From assembly GCF_006345805.1 (NCBI RefSeq), contig NC_043002.1, positions 27,590,001 to 27,654,000 on the forward strand: a stretch of DNA of 64,000 nt, written 5' to 3'. The stretch is from Octopus sinensis. Taxonomy: Eukaryota. This document shows, one piece after another, positions 25,500-39,100 of the stretch. Position numbers and translations under genes: made by a program. Every line of letters begins with the position of its first letter. Position 1 is the first letter of the stretch. The notes under the pieces were generated by a model, which saw nothing but the letters and a program-made list of their open reading frames with translations, did not search any database and was not told the origin of the DNA.

Positions 25500-26400
25500 G
25501 TGAGAAGAAGAAAGAAAGAAAGAAGAAGAAGAAGACAGAAAGAAAGAAAGAAAGAAGAAGAAGGAAGGAAGGAAGGAAGGAAGGAAGTATGAAGAAAGAA
25601 GGCAGAAAGGAAGGAAGGAAGGAAGGAAGGAAGAACGAAGACATGACGGAAGGAAACAGGAAGGAGAAAGAAAGAAAGAAAGAAAGAATAAAGGAAGAAA
25701 TGAAGAAAGAAAGAAAGAAAGAAGAAAAGAAGGAAGGAGGAAGGAAGAAAGAAAGGAAAAATGAAGAAAGAAAAAGAAAAAGAAAATAGAAAGAAAGGAA
25801 GAAGGAAGAAAGAAAGGAAGGAAGAAGGAAGGAAGGAGGGAAGGAAGGAAACAGAAGGAAGGAAGGAAGAGCGGAAGGAAGGAAGAAAGGAGGAAGGAAG
25901 GAAGGTAAGAAGGAAGGAAGGAAGGAAGAAGGAGGAGAAGGAAAAGAAGGAAAAAAAAAGAGAAAGAATGAAGGAAGAAAGAAAGAAAAGAAAGAAAGAA
26001 GAAAGAAAAGAAGGAAGAAGAAGACGGAAGGAAGAAGGGAGGAAGGAAGTGGAAGGAAGAAGGAAGGAAGGAAGACAGGATTTAAGGAAGGAAGCCGAAA
26101 GAATTAAAGAATTCTGAAATAAGTACGAAAGAAGATAAGAAAGAACAAACACGAAAGAAAGGAAAAATGAAGAAAGAAAGAAGAAAATGAAGGAAGGAAG
26201 AATAAAGAAGAAGAAGGAAATAAATTAAGAAGAAAGAAAGAAAAGAAGGAAGGAAGGAATAAAGAAAGAAAGGAAGGAATGAAGAAAGAAAAGAAGGAAG
26301 CAAGCAAGCAAGCAAGAAAGGAAGGAAACAAGAAAGGAAGGAAGCAAGGAAGAAAGAAAGAAAGAAAGGAAGAAAGAAGTAAAGGAAAAAAGAAATTTGG
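25500..26400. repeat. ~900-bp purine-rich (GAA/GGAA/GAAA)n tract
   Basis: Direct reading. Confidence 0.95.
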
Positions 26401-26970
26401 AATCTTGCATTACTACCGGTTGATACAAATTTTACAGGCGCCTTTTGGTTGGTGTGAGAGTGTGCAACGCGGATTGCCAGATGGAATGGGTAGAATACGA
26501 CTTGATGTGAGGTTCGTACAATACTCCATGCCTTGATTACGAAACCCGCGTTGTGCTTGTTTCAAAGACAATTAACTCACAAAGTGACCTAGCCCGCCTG
26601 ATTGTGATGACCTGCCAACTTCAGTTCATCACCTGTACGTATATACGCCGTTTGTTTGCTACGTGGGCTTTCTGTTTGCTTTCCTTAAGCATTCAATACA
26701 TTTTAACTATGGCGATTCTTAATATAGTCAAAGGATGATTTTTTTTTAATTATGTTCCCATTCATTTCGCTCTAAAGCATTGCTTTCTAATTAAATTCTC
26801 AAACAGTTTAATTTCCTTAATTTTTACCATTTTTAATACTTCATCATTGATTTTGTTCTCTGCCAATATTCCCAAAACGCTTCTGTGCGGCTACACCACG
26901 ATGGATTGTAATATATTTTGTTAAATTTTGCATTAATGTCTGTGTTTCATATGTATATGATAGGCGCAGG

Positions 26971-28072
26971 GGCGGACAAGGCGGATCGTCATCACACCCA
27001 CTTCCGTTCTTTTTTTTTTTTTTCTACAGAAACCCACGTTTTCCGCTACGGATATTCCGAATCTGTAAAAAAATTTGGCATTTCAAAATTTCAATGCCAA
27101 GGGTATCGGGTGAAGTCCATAAAATACGAAAAGAGATACCCCAATAGAAAGTTTGAACAAGCAGTATATAGATTTTGAACTCGCACAAATGCACGACTCA
27201 TATTTTTTGTAAATTTCAAGTTTCATTTTGTAGAAGAAACACCTTCAGTAGTAAAACAAAAAAAATAGAACACTTTAATTTCGCTTTCTATTACAGTAAA
27301 CTTCATTTTACCCCGGGAAATTTCTCTGAAAGACATCTTTGCAGAGAGGTGAGTAGACTGATCGCATATTTCTTTCACTATTTTATCGTATCTGTTCACC
27401 TTTCGTTAATCCGTTGCATTCTTTACTCCCAACAAGTATTACAGTATTTCAAGCATATGTATATATATAGTTTAGCGAAGAAACAAAGCCGATATAGGAA
27501 TTTTTCGAAACTCCGCTCGCCATTGTTCGGATATATCTTTTCCAAACAAAATTCCGATATAATCGGAATCTACACCGCATGAAGAATATATGTAAAATTT
27601 TTATTAGAAAATATCCATTTTGCTGAAAATTATGAGGAAACATATTCGAGCAGGCCTACAAAGTATGTAGCGTTTGGCGCTGATTTGGCTGTTATTTCTA
27701 GTACGAGGAGAGACTGTTTGAAGGCCTAGTCAACGTATGGGTTGTAAAACCTATGCGCATGCGCAGTGACCGAAGGGTTTAAAAACATCTTGTATATGCT
27801 GTACATTCGCAAGAGGTGAGGGAAGGGTTATTTTTTGGTTTTTGAAAAATTTTAATTCAATTTTTTTTTTTTTTTCAGAATCATAATCTCAGTATCTTCC
27901 CTCGTATTTCGCCCAATAAAAATTCTGAAAAAAGTTTTAAAATGAAGAAATTGATGGGGAATTGAAATTTTGAAATGTCAAATTTTTTTACATATTCGGA
28001 ATTACGGTAACGTGGGTTTCTGTAGAAAAAAGAAAACCGAAGGGGATGTGGTGACGGTCTGCCTTATCCACC
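26971..28072. mobile_element. Non-autonomous DNA transposon, ~120-bp imperfect TIRs, 8-bp TSD
   Basis: ggcggacaaggcggatcgtcatcacacc..ctacagaaacccacgtt..tttcaat vs reverse complement of the right end; TSD ggcgcagg at 26963-26970 and 28073-28080. Confidence 0.8.
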
Positions 28073-28490
28073 GGCGCAGGTATAGCTGTGTGGTAAAATT
28101 TTACTTCCCAGTCACATGGTGCCAGGTTCAAGCCTACTGTGTAGAACCTTGGACAAGTGACTTCACTGTAGCATAGGGCCAATCAAAGCTTTGTGAGTGG
28201 ATTTGGTAGACAGAAACTGTAAGAATCCCGTCAAGTATATAAATATGTGTGTGTGTGAGAGAGGGTGGAAGAAAGGGGGAGAGAGACTTTGTGCTTGTAT
28301 TTGTCCACCACCATTTCTTGACAACAGGTATTAGTGTGTTTACATACTGTAATCTAGCGGTTCGGCAAAAGAGACCGATAGAATAAGTACCAGGCTTTAA
28401 AAAAATATTGATGTCGATTCGTTCGACTAAAGTTATTCGACGAGTTGTCACAGCATGGCCACAGTCTGATAACCGAAAGCAGTAATAGAT
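28073..28490 (+). mobile_element. Older SINE family A copy whose head was split by the 26971-28072 element
   Basis: ggcgcaggtatagctgtgtggtaa.. head; tail gttcggcaaaagagaccgatagaataagtacc. Confidence 0.75.
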
Positions 28491-29411
28491 AAAAAGATGT
28501 GTGTCTGTGTCTGTGTCTCTGTGTGTGTCTGCGCGCGAGTGAGAGCCTGCATAACTTGGAACAACGCAGGTAATATAGCAAAAGACGCGTCATATCATAT
28601 GATAAAAGAGTTAGTAACTGTATAAAAACGAATTCAATGAGACATCTGGAAAGCATTGAAGGGCAAAGAAAAGTAAAAGCAGTCCATATCTATTATGTGC
28701 CATAAAAATCTTGTGGATGAGCATTATTAAACAGGGTCATCAGAAGTCATAATTCGCTTGACAGCTCCATCTATCAACCTATGTATGAAATATGACTGTG
28801 CTTGTGTTGTTTTTACATGTATATATATATATATATACATATGTTTATATGTATCTATGTGTGAATGTATGTATTTATGTATGCATGTATCAATGTATGC
28901 AGATGGAGAAGAGATTTCCTTATTTAGATCTCAATATCTCTTTATCTTGTAAAACAATAATACCCGAGTTTTATAATGTAATCTCATGGACATTAAGGTT
29001 ATATAGTTGGCAATAATGTGGTTGATGTCTTCATGGTTGGGAAATGCAATCAATATTAATAAAATATTACTAATGTTTTTCATTTACCCGTGGGGAAATG
29101 TGGCAATGTCGTTTCAGCAATGACGTATTAGTAGGACAAATCTAGATTAATTTTAAATGCAATTGTACAGCTAATATGAGGCACTATATAAAATGCGCCT
29201 ACAATTAAATCTTCTTTCGTTGCAAATCAACTGATCATTCTTTCAACTATATGTGTGCTATTTTCATTATATATTTATTCTATTTTCGATTTTTCATTAT
29301 TGAATTATTAACACTCGAGACTTGTTACAAGTTTAAAAGAAATCATTTCTCCCACCATAGTTGAAATATAACATTCAGTCATATCGTCATAATATGATTT
29401 GACTTTATAAG

Positions 29412-29475
<64 letters not shown>

Positions 29476-29480
29476 CATAT

Positions 29481-29661
29481 AGGGAGAGTTTACGAAAAAA
29501 ACAAAAGACGAAGATAGGTGGTGTACAAAACAAACAGATGTGTTAGTATAACGCTCAGGAATAGAAAAAGTCTTTTACGTTTCGAGCCTACGCTCTTCTA
29601 CAGAAAGGGATACAGAAAAAACAAGGAGAGAAACAAGGAGAGAAAAAAATGTGCGTAGTGG
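29481..29661 (-). mobile_element. Family H element
   Basis: HHR at 29572-29607 (-): CUUU-CUGUAGA-A-GAGC guag GCUC-GAAAC GUA-AAAG. Confidence 0.8.
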
Positions 29662-30069
29662 TTCATCAGGATATCAAGTAGTGATGCAGTATCACCGTTT
29701 CAAGCGGCTCCATTTAATTGAACAGTGCAATCATTACATCAATTTAAATGCACTGCCATCTTCAGTTGCACAAATATATAAATAGAATTTTAACAAGTAG
29801 GATACATTAGTATAATTGTTCTCAAATATTTTAACAGACCAAGAAGATAGAAGAAATTCATGTTGTTGCTAATGTAGCTAAGAATAGGCTACACTTCCAA
29901 GAATCGCATGAAGCCTATTGGGGTCATAGTATTGTAAGGGATTGTAATTCATTTCTAATTCATTTATCTCTTTATCAACTACTAAATCTATGACAAGGAG
30001 ATTGTTTCTATTTTGAATAAAGGACAAGAGTGAGTTGACCGCTTATAGTTAGATATAGTTATAAATATT

Positions 30070-30228
30070 CTTTTCTACTCTAGGCACAAGGTCCGAAATT
30101 TTGGGGTTGGGGCCAGTCGATTAGATCGACCCCATTACGCAACTGGTGCTTAATTTATCAACCACGAAAGGATGAACGGCAAAGTTGTCCTTGGTGGAAT
30201 TTGAACTCAGAACGTAAAGACAGACGGC
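30070..30228 (-). mobile_element. SINE family B-related fragment
   Basis: gtcgattagatcgacccc..ggaatttgaactcagaacgtaa. Confidence 0.65.
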
Positions 30229-30348
30229 CATGGTCATAAATATTATACCTTACTTGTAAAGACAGGTCTGGTCATAAATATCATCACATGTATCCCTTTT
30301 CCTCAGGGAGTAGAGAAGACATTAGGATATAAATAACAAATAACTGTC

Positions 30349-30391
<43 letters not shown>

Positions 30392-30395
<4 letters not shown>

Positions 30396-30494
30396 AAAGT
30401 TTACGTAAAAAAACAAAAGACGAAGACAGGTAGTGTACAAAACAAACAGATGTATTAGTATAACGCTCAGGGATAAAAAAAAGTATTTTATGTT

Positions 30495-30533
<39 letters not shown>

Positions 30534-30832
30534 TGTTTGTTTGTGTGTGTGTGTGTGGTGTGTGTGTTGTGTGTGTGTGTGCGTGTCTGTGCGTCTGTGT
30601 GTGTGTGCGGGTATTATGTATGTATATATATATATAGGGAGAGTATACGAAAAAAACAATACACGAAGACAGGTGATGTACAAAACAAAAAGATGTATTA
30701 GTATAACGGTCAAGAATATAAAAAGTCTTTTACGTTTCGAGCCTAAGCTCTTCTAAAGAAAGGGACACCGAAAAAAAAGGAGAGAAACAAGGAGAGAAAA
30801 AATATGTCTAGTGGCTAACGATCTATCGTGGC
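30392..30832 (-). mobile_element. Two family H copies (30392-30490 partial; 30636-30832 with mutated HHR)
   Basis: Family consensus; HHR at 30727-30762 has core CUUUAGA (G5 lost). Confidence 0.75.
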
Positions 30833-30855
30833 CTCATATATATATATATATATAG

Positions 30856-31070
30856 TTAATCCAAACAAGAAAGCACAAAAAAAAACACAACAACGCGAGG
30901 ACGTGGAACAAATATAGTATTATTGGAAGCTCAGGAAAAAAGGAAAGAAAGAGGGGTTAACGTTTCGAGCGGAGCTCTTCGTCGGAAACGTAGGAGAAGA
31001 AAGATCCAGAGAAGGGAAGACAGAGGTAAAAAATCGTCAACGGTACACACGAGGTAACATTTTGAAAGAA
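30856..31070 (-). mobile_element. Family I: second short TA-flanked element with a minimal HHR (C4 variant)
   Basis: 30956-30989 (-): GUUU-CCGACGA-A-GAGC ucc GCUC-GAAAC GUU-AAC. Confidence 0.55.
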
Positions 31071-31113
31071 TATATATAATATATATATATATATATAATA
31101 TATACATATAAAC

Positions 31114-31154
<41 letters not shown>

Positions 31155-31377
31155 ATATATATACATATATACATATATTATATATAGAGAGAGATAGATA
31201 GATAGATGGATATGCATATAGATATACATATATAAATTGAAAAAGGTATTACTAACATTATTTAAAATAATGTTATAATATAGTAGCTAGCAAGTTTAAA
31301 CATTTATAAGGGAAATATAAATAAGATATAGAAGGGTATTGAAATACCACTCATATATTGATATAGATATATATACT

Positions 31378-31415
<38 letters not shown>

Positions 31416-32584
31416 CCTATTATATATTATTTTGTTTTCTTCATATGCACCCCATACACAGACTACCCCACAAACATGCCCTCATACATATATTCATTAA
31501 GAAGAATGCCCAATCAAAAAATGGTGTGAATGCATGACAGAGATAAAGACTCATTAAAAACCAAGGAAAACCATATACTTGCATTAGAACGACTAAAAAA
31601 TAATCTGAGCGAAATGAATAGAGTATGATTAGCAATTCAATACTATTATAATTGAATTTCGAATAAACGGTACATTGTAGAAAATAAATACTAGTTAGCT
31701 GATAATATTGCTGATATATGCACGGAAGACAAATCAAAACTAACCAGCTTTGCTAGTATAAAAAGCTATTTACCTTAATCTAGTATGATTTCTGAGGAAC
31801 GACAAACTTGTCGCAAAACAATCATAGAAGAAAGACTATTTATCTTTTTGGATAGGAACGCAAGATTAGTATTTGCAGTGTAGCTTTAAAAGCATTACAC
31901 AATCACACACGTACGCTCACGCGCACACACTCGCATACACTCAGGCACCCACGTACGCTTGTTGAGTACCATGCTTGTTATACTTTTACAAGAAGCCGGG
32001 CAGTTACGCTGTTTTTTGCCTGTCGAACACCCCCAAGAAGGCCAGCAAGGCGAAACCTCAAAGTCACCGCCTCCCCTCATTTTGTAGAAGTATCATGCAC
32101 ACACACACACACAACATATATATGTATATATATGTGATATATATATATATATATATAATAATATATATATATAATATATATATTAAGGTATGTAGAAAAA
32201 TACAACATGGACAAGAACGTATAACTCTTAGAAGACGATACAATAAACATGGACAGGACATTCGAACCCCTCAGTCTTCAGTCAAGAACCGGATCATCGT
32301 AGTAATTTCGGGATTAATCTTGAGATTACTAGATCACGGCCAGCCCTCCAAGAAAAACTAAGCAACGAGCATTAGAAAAAAACTAAGCGGAAGCGTAGAT
32401 TGCTGGAAGAAGGATCGAATGCATACGAACACCAGGACAGCAAAAGGGACAGATATAAAAAAAAAACAAAAAAACAATGAAGGAATACAGAAACATGAAA
32501 TAAGAAGCATTACGGTGAAACAAACAAGTGTCTTACGACTGATAACAAGCAAACAAATTTTTTCTCTGGCGCATTGGAAAAAGC

Positions 32585-32657
<73 letters not shown>

Positions 32658-32799
32658 GGTGATGTATGTATGTATGTATGTATGTATTCGTGTGTAAAAA
32701 ATTCAGTTTAGATATACTGAAATATCATAAGCAGTATCTTCAACTGTCATAAACTGATCGAAAAGAACTACCTACGTTAATTCAGGAGACGTTTGTTCA

Positions 32800-34450
32800 C
32801 CTGATCGAAAAACGGAATGTTGTCATCAACCGACTGTGATTCGCCGCCAGTACCACCATCGTAATATATATTGATTGGCTTTCCTGAAGTACCGATACGT
32901 AAATGTAACTGTTCCAAAGAAGACGAAGTTTGAACTTCCGCTAAATTTTATCTTGACTATTTTTCTTTGACGGATAGTTAATTGAAAGTTATTTCTCTGT
33001 ATTCTTTTTAAGTTCACTTATTACAGCGGATCAATAAATTATCTTCCATCTTTCTCCAAATACGCTATGCTGTCTCTGATTCTGCCTTCATCAAAGTAAT
33101 CGTAATATAATGTTTCTCCTTTGTCTAAAGGCAATGTCTCTGATCATGGTATGCTTCTCAATATGACTTCGATCATCTCAAATGTATAAATGATACAGAT
33201 GCAGTCAAATACTTCTTTTATCCCCCTGCATTCTGATACTTTTTGTTTGTGAACGCAACAATGATTAATCTAGAAACATATCTAAACAAAATCTTGAACT
33301 TCTTCGTCCTATACGAGTGACCACCCATTCAAATGACCCTTCCTTTGATGCCTTGATGCCATCCAGACTCTGCGTGTGTGTAGAAGCATTGTCCAAGGCA
33401 TAGAATTAATACTTCTTTGTTGGCCTTACATTTTCAGTTAAGCTTTGTAGAGTCTTAGCAATTATTAGAATCGGGATTATTTTCTGATCTTGAAGAAAAA
33501 GATGAGGTCCTATGCTATATCATCTTAACCATCAGCATCTTCAGCATCATTATCGTCGTTGTCGTCGTCGTCATCAACATCGTCGTCAACATCGTCATCG
33601 CCGTTTCAGAAGTCCGCTACGACGATTATTTATGCTGAGAGCGCAAATCAAAACAGAACAAATGACTAAAGGCCTCACATTCAAAGTAATTCCCTATCAA
33701 CGCAGTTCCTATCAATTTCCAACTTTTGAAAAGAAGTTCCTTACATTTCCCAATTCAAAATTTCAGATTAGTATTTTGGCAACTCCTGCATCCAATGTTA
33801 AATAGGGCAGGACCTGTTGAGGAAAAGAAATTATGTTGCAGTGTACATGTATGCGGTGATCTTGAATTAATATGGTTATCACTTCAACATTTTCATGTCC
33901 CACCTGTAAATATCTCTCTTCAAATTTTGATACCACTCAATATTTCCGTTTTTCCCACATGCTCCGTTGTCTCTTACTGATGTTGCATTAATTATCGAAC
34001 AAAATATTTTCTCTCTCGACACCAATTATATCAGATCCCTTATGCATCAAGTGATCGCAATGGAATCTGAAAACCCAAAGTGGAATTACTTCTTCTAACT
34101 CTAGCAATGGGTTGAGCTGGTGCACATTAAAAAAGCATGATACTGGGAGAAAATAGTCGACTCCATTTTTCTTTGATTATTCTGTTGACACAAAAATTGT
34201 TCGTTTATACATTATCCATGCAGGCAACATATCTTCACTATATATCAGATTAATCACTTACACAAATATTCACACCTGTAATGATTTGACTTTCTTTAGC
34301 CAATACTTTTGAACGCACTTATGAGCTGGGTCTTTTCGATTCAGGATTTTACTACACTGCAAATTATTTACCACCAGCTTTCGAGGCCTGTAACCTTATT
34401 GAAGTATATTCACTAGCTTATTGATTTCTTTTTCATCTCTAAATGTCTTT
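32800..34450 (-). pseudogene. Very degenerate hAT-like transposase relic
   Basis: Fragmentary motifs across frameshifts: LLHT..W..SKGRV, IAYL....L..VNL.IQ.NN. Confidence 0.35.
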
Positions 34451-34829
34451 CGCTGATCAGATTCAATATTATGAATCTTTTGTTTGCCCAATATTTCTCT
34501 CCGGTACTTCTTACTTTCTTGTGCATTTAGAATAAACTGTTCTTGACTTAATGTTTCTATTCAACTCATTAGACATTCCTTTCTGATTCATACGCAATAT
34601 TCGGTTTTGACTGTACATGTATATTCTTTGTTCGTATCTTTTGATGTTAAATGGTTTGGCCAAGATACTCTGTTTCAGCTCTTTTATTATAGTCGTTACA
34701 CCTTATATTTTATACTATATATTCTAATTCAGCATATTTCCTTTGAAATTTCAGTTGCTCTATTCTTAATCTGTCCAATATATTTGCATCAATAATCCAT
34801 ATTCTTGTATTCTCTTATAATTCAGCTCT

Positions 34830-35236
34830 AAGCATTACCTCGGGAAGGAATCTGAAGTGGTCGTCATAGAATTTCCACAACTTCACCAGCCCTTACTTCT
34901 GGCCTCCCAACTTGCCCGGTTCTAATCTCATGGCTTAATATGTGTCGTGTAGTTGAGAAACAGACCGACCACTCCTGCCTGCAAACCAAGGTAGAGGTGG
35001 TTCCCAATATCAACGAAGTGTTCGAAAATATTGTCAGGATTACATCGAGGAAAGTATGCGCCAGGTTGAGGAACCGCCTTGAGGCCGTGGCAGAAGCTAA
35101 GGGCGGCTACTTTGAGTAAATAGTTATTCCCCAGACATAATCAGGTTGATTTTGTAAATTTGTTTCAATTCTTTTATTTATGGATATTATATAGTGTTTT
35201 CTTTTCCTTTGGTGCAAATTTAGCCCGAGCACCCTG
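34830..35236 (+). mobile_element. Tc1/mariner (DD37D-like) 3' fragment with terminal repeat
   Basis: FWPPNLPGSNLMA..CARLRNRLEAVAEAKGGYFE*; ends gagcaccctg followed by TA. Confidence 0.7.
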
Positions 35237-35289
35237 TATATCTATATAAATATGTTCTACGCAATTTCCGTCAAACAAATTCATTCACA

Positions 35290-35405
35290 AGCTGTTGGAC
35301 GGCTCTGCACCTATGGTAGGAGACGTGCCACGCAGTTGGATCGAAGCTGAAATTAAGTGCTTGCAAAGCGAGCTTCGTAACCAAATAACCATGCCTACGC
35401 CTAAT
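35290..35405 (-). mobile_element. SINE family A head fragment
   Basis: Reverse complement of aggcgtaggcatggttatttggttacgaagctcgct. Confidence 0.55.
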
Positions 35406-36373
35406 AGCAATAAACGTATTTTTGAAATTGCGGTCATTATTTTAAAGCAAGTTAAAGAATAACAACGGCAAATTCGTTGATAGTGATTCAATGCTGAATG
35501 TAGAGCCAATTTGATTTATTCAACTAGATTGGCAGAACAAGCCCTTAAGCAAAATTTTAAGTTCCAGTCAGCACATATTTTTTTTTAATATTTTTATATT
35601 TATGTCTTTGTCTTTTCCCACAAAATTGTTTACACCGGTAACTGAGCAATTTTAGACCATAAAATTGTTCAATTGCAATGCAAATTCAAATATAGATATG
35701 AAAACAGAAGTATGGATAACAAGAATAACTTTTAATGCATTATATAATTATATTTCGGAATAAATACCATTTTGTCAGATGTGGAAATCAGTAAAAGATA
35801 CCAGATTGACTACATCTTCTAGTTCTTCCTCACAAGGGATTATTAACACACTAATTTATAGAAAATAAGCTAAAGTAAGATAATTTCTCTGTCGTCTTTC
35901 TGTTTTTCATTTCTATTTTACAGTTTACATTGCATTGGCTGTTGAACGCATCTAACATAAAAAATCATGCTGTGCTTTACCAAAAGTACTTTATGCTTAA
36001 AACTGTTAGGCGTATTTAACCAGTCGCCTGTAATTTGGAAGTGTGCAACTCGATAAACATTGATTCATAAATCAAATCTACACTCGTTCATGTAATTGCA
36101 TTCTCAATTGCACGACCATAAGGCCTAAGTGCGTTTCTGTGAACCTGCGACGTCATTGTCACCTAATTAGAGGAAGTATGTTACATACTGATGCCATATT
36201 CTATGTAACAAGGATTTTGACTACGGCCGCATGGCTCAAACGAGTAAAAGAGTTTATATATAAATGGAGTTAAACGCAGGTGTTACTCAAATTTTTGCTG
36301 CCCTGGTAATTGATTATCTATTTTTTCCGTGTTAATTGTAAACAAGGGAAAATACACACATTCATTTATATAT

Positions 36374-36532
36374 AGGGAGAATTCACAAAAAAAAGAACAA
36401 AAGACGAAGACAGGTTTTGAAGACAACAAACAGATGTATTAGTAGAACGCTCGGGAAGTGAAAAAGTCTTTGACATTTCGAGCCTACGCTCTTCCACAGA
36501 AAGGAACACAGAAAGAAACAAGGAGAGAAATA
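36374..36532 (-). mobile_element. Family H element
   Basis: HHR at 36468-36503 (-): core CUGUGGA, GAAAU GUC. Confidence 0.75.
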
Positions 36533-36884
36533 AATAAATAAATAAATATTTATATATACATATACAGAAAGTGAGACAGACAGCCAGATATACATATATG
36601 TACATATATACATACACATATATATATACAAATATGTGTTAGTATGTTGTGTGTGTGTGTGTGTGTGTGTCATAATGACATTATAGGAAAGTCGTGATGT
36701 CTATTTTGTACAAGAATTTATGTTAATTTCTCTTTTATATTGCAATAACACTGTTGACTCTGAATTTCGAAAACGTTTACTCGAATATTTACAGTCCTTT
36801 CACTCACATTATTACCCCACTTGTGCGCATCATGTATATGTATGTACAAGTGCATATGCAAACATCGCTAGCCACTATACATTC

Positions 36885-37029
36885 TTTATTTTCTCTCCCT
36901 GTTTCTTTCTGTGAAAGAGTGTAGGCTCGAAACGTTAAAGACTTTTTCACTTCCCGAGCGTTATATTAATACGCTTGTTGTCTACACCACCTGTCTTCGT
37001 CTCTTGTTTTTTGTTTGCGAATTCTCCCT
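36885..37029 (+). mobile_element. Family H element in opposite orientation
   Basis: HHR at 36905-36940 (+): CUUU-CUGUGAA-A-GAGU guag GCUC-GAAAC GUU-AAAG. Confidence 0.75.
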
Positions 37030-37122
<93 letters not shown>

Positions 37123-37156
37123 CATACATACATACATACATACATACATACATACA

Positions 37157-37189
<33 letters not shown>

Positions 37190-37190
37190 G
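37030..37190. repeat. Compound (TA)(GATA)(CATA) microsatellite
   Basis: Direct reading. Confidence 0.95.
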
Positions 37191-37654
37191 ATGTATGTGT
37201 ATAGAACACTGGAGACACCAAGATGCTCGAGTTGAATGATTTTCTCATATATTATTAGTAGTCTTTTGTATTTATTCAGAATCAACGTTCATAAACCCAT
37301 TATCGCTTCCATTAAGTTTTGGAGTCTTCTGATAAATGATACACTGAAGACAGGCGTGATTCTGCTGTCGTTTTTCTTTCTCTCTAGTAAACAGTAAATA
37401 TCATGAGAATGATGTTGTAATTGATAAAATCTTTATCGCCGGATTTAAAATTTGTTTAACTGTTAACTCCAAATTACTTTCATAGTATATTACGCGTGTT
37501 CTGTTTCTATGTATTGATTTTTGGATTGTACTTTTGGCTTTAATATTGTTCCAAAGGAAGCATCAATAGCGAAAACAGAAATATGAATATTCTTTCAGAA
37601 AATAATTGGGGACTTTTGTGTCTCCAATATAACAGGTTTCAAAGGCGACAAGCT

Positions 37655-37850
37655 GGGAGAACAGTTAGCACGCCGGGCAAAATGCATTGGAGCATTTCGT
37701 CAGTCCTTACATCCTGATTCCGCCGAGGTCAACTTGGAATCTTGTTCTTTCGGGATTGATAACATTAGTACCAGTGAGAGACTGGATTCGATGGAAACAA
37801 CATATCCTCTCACCTGAAATTTCAGACTGTGTGTCAAAATTTTGAATCAA
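37655..37850 (+). mobile_element. Old SINE family B copy
   Basis: ggcgacaagctgggagaacagttagcacgccgggcaaaatgc head. Confidence 0.6.
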
Positions 37851-37981
37851 CATAACATGTTTGAGAGAATAGATACTTTCTGTACACACACAAACATTCC
37901 TCTATATATATAGGCACCAGCCGACCTCAAGAGACAAACGTATCCATAGAACATGATAACCCCTTTATTTTACGGAACCCG

Positions 37982-38050
<69 letters not shown>

Positions 38051-38059
38051 TACATATGA

Positions 38060-38342
38060 TGGACTCTCCTATCGAAGATGATGTCTGAGCGTTCAGCTTT
38101 TGGAAAGCGACCTGCACAAATGATTTGTATATAGGGATCAAACGGTCTGCTGCATATCAGCTTACTCCCTCTATCAAATCGACGTTGCCTAAACAGGGGC
38201 GCGGTGTATCATGCGTCAGGTGTCGAAGGGATTGCAGAGTAACGTGAGACAAAGTGTTTTGCTCAGGAACACAACGCACCACCCCGTCTAGAAATTGAAA
38301 CCTAGATCTTGAGTGCCTCACCCTGCCCATTAGGCGCGTTCA
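38060..38342 (-). mobile_element. SINE family D (tRNA-like head, gtgttcctgagcaaaacacttt segment)
   Basis: Reverse complement of gcgcctaatgggcagggtgaggc..ggtttcaatttctagacggggtggtgcgttgtgttcctgagc. Confidence 0.55.
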
Positions 38343-38399
38343 TATATGAGTGTGGGGGGAGTGTGTGTGTGTGTGCGTGTGATCGTGTGTGTGTGTGTG

Positions 38400-38790
38400 T
38401 GTCTGTTACTTGTTTCTGTTATTACACTGCAGCCACACTGGAGCACCACTTTGAAAAGGTTTTAGTCATATGTATCGACCCCAGTAATAATTTTATAAAG
38501 CCTGGTACTTTTCTATCTCTCCCTTTAGCCAAACAGCTATGTTACGCGGACATAAACATTCTAGCACCTGTTGCCAGGTGGTGGGGGGCGACAGACACAG
38601 GCACAAAGACACACAAATATAGATATGTATATATACGACGAGCTTCTTTACGTTTCCCTGTACCAAATCCACACTCAAGGCTTTTGACGACACAAGGTAA
38701 TCTTAGGAGACACTTGTCCAAGTTACCACACAATAGGTCGGAACCCGGTACCAAGCTTCTTACCAAACAGCCATATATATATATATACAT
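38400..38790 (-). mobile_element. Old SINE family A copy
   Basis: Diverged tail and CORE-like segment. Confidence 0.65.
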
Positions 38791-39032
38791 ATATAACGTG
38801 ACATAATTATGTAGACTAAATAAATTATAGATATAATTATATACATATGTATATACTACAATATGAATCGAGTACTCCCTTCCATGACAAACAGCAAAGT
38901 GTGAATATTCAAGCATGTGTTCCCGTGTGTATATGTACATGTACATATCTAAATATCCATATGTACGTACGTAAGAGATGGATAGATGTAGAAACATAGA
39001 TATGCATATGTATATACATACATACAAATATG

Positions 39033-39100
<68 letters not shown>

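Noticed and set aside
26430-26640. GC-richer island with splice-like AG/GT sites
   Set aside because: No frame gives a recognisable protein; cannot be distinguished from a repeat fragment
32240-32295. ctgaaga..gaatgtc hammerhead-like string on the - strand
   Set aside because: No GAAA and helices I and II do not pair
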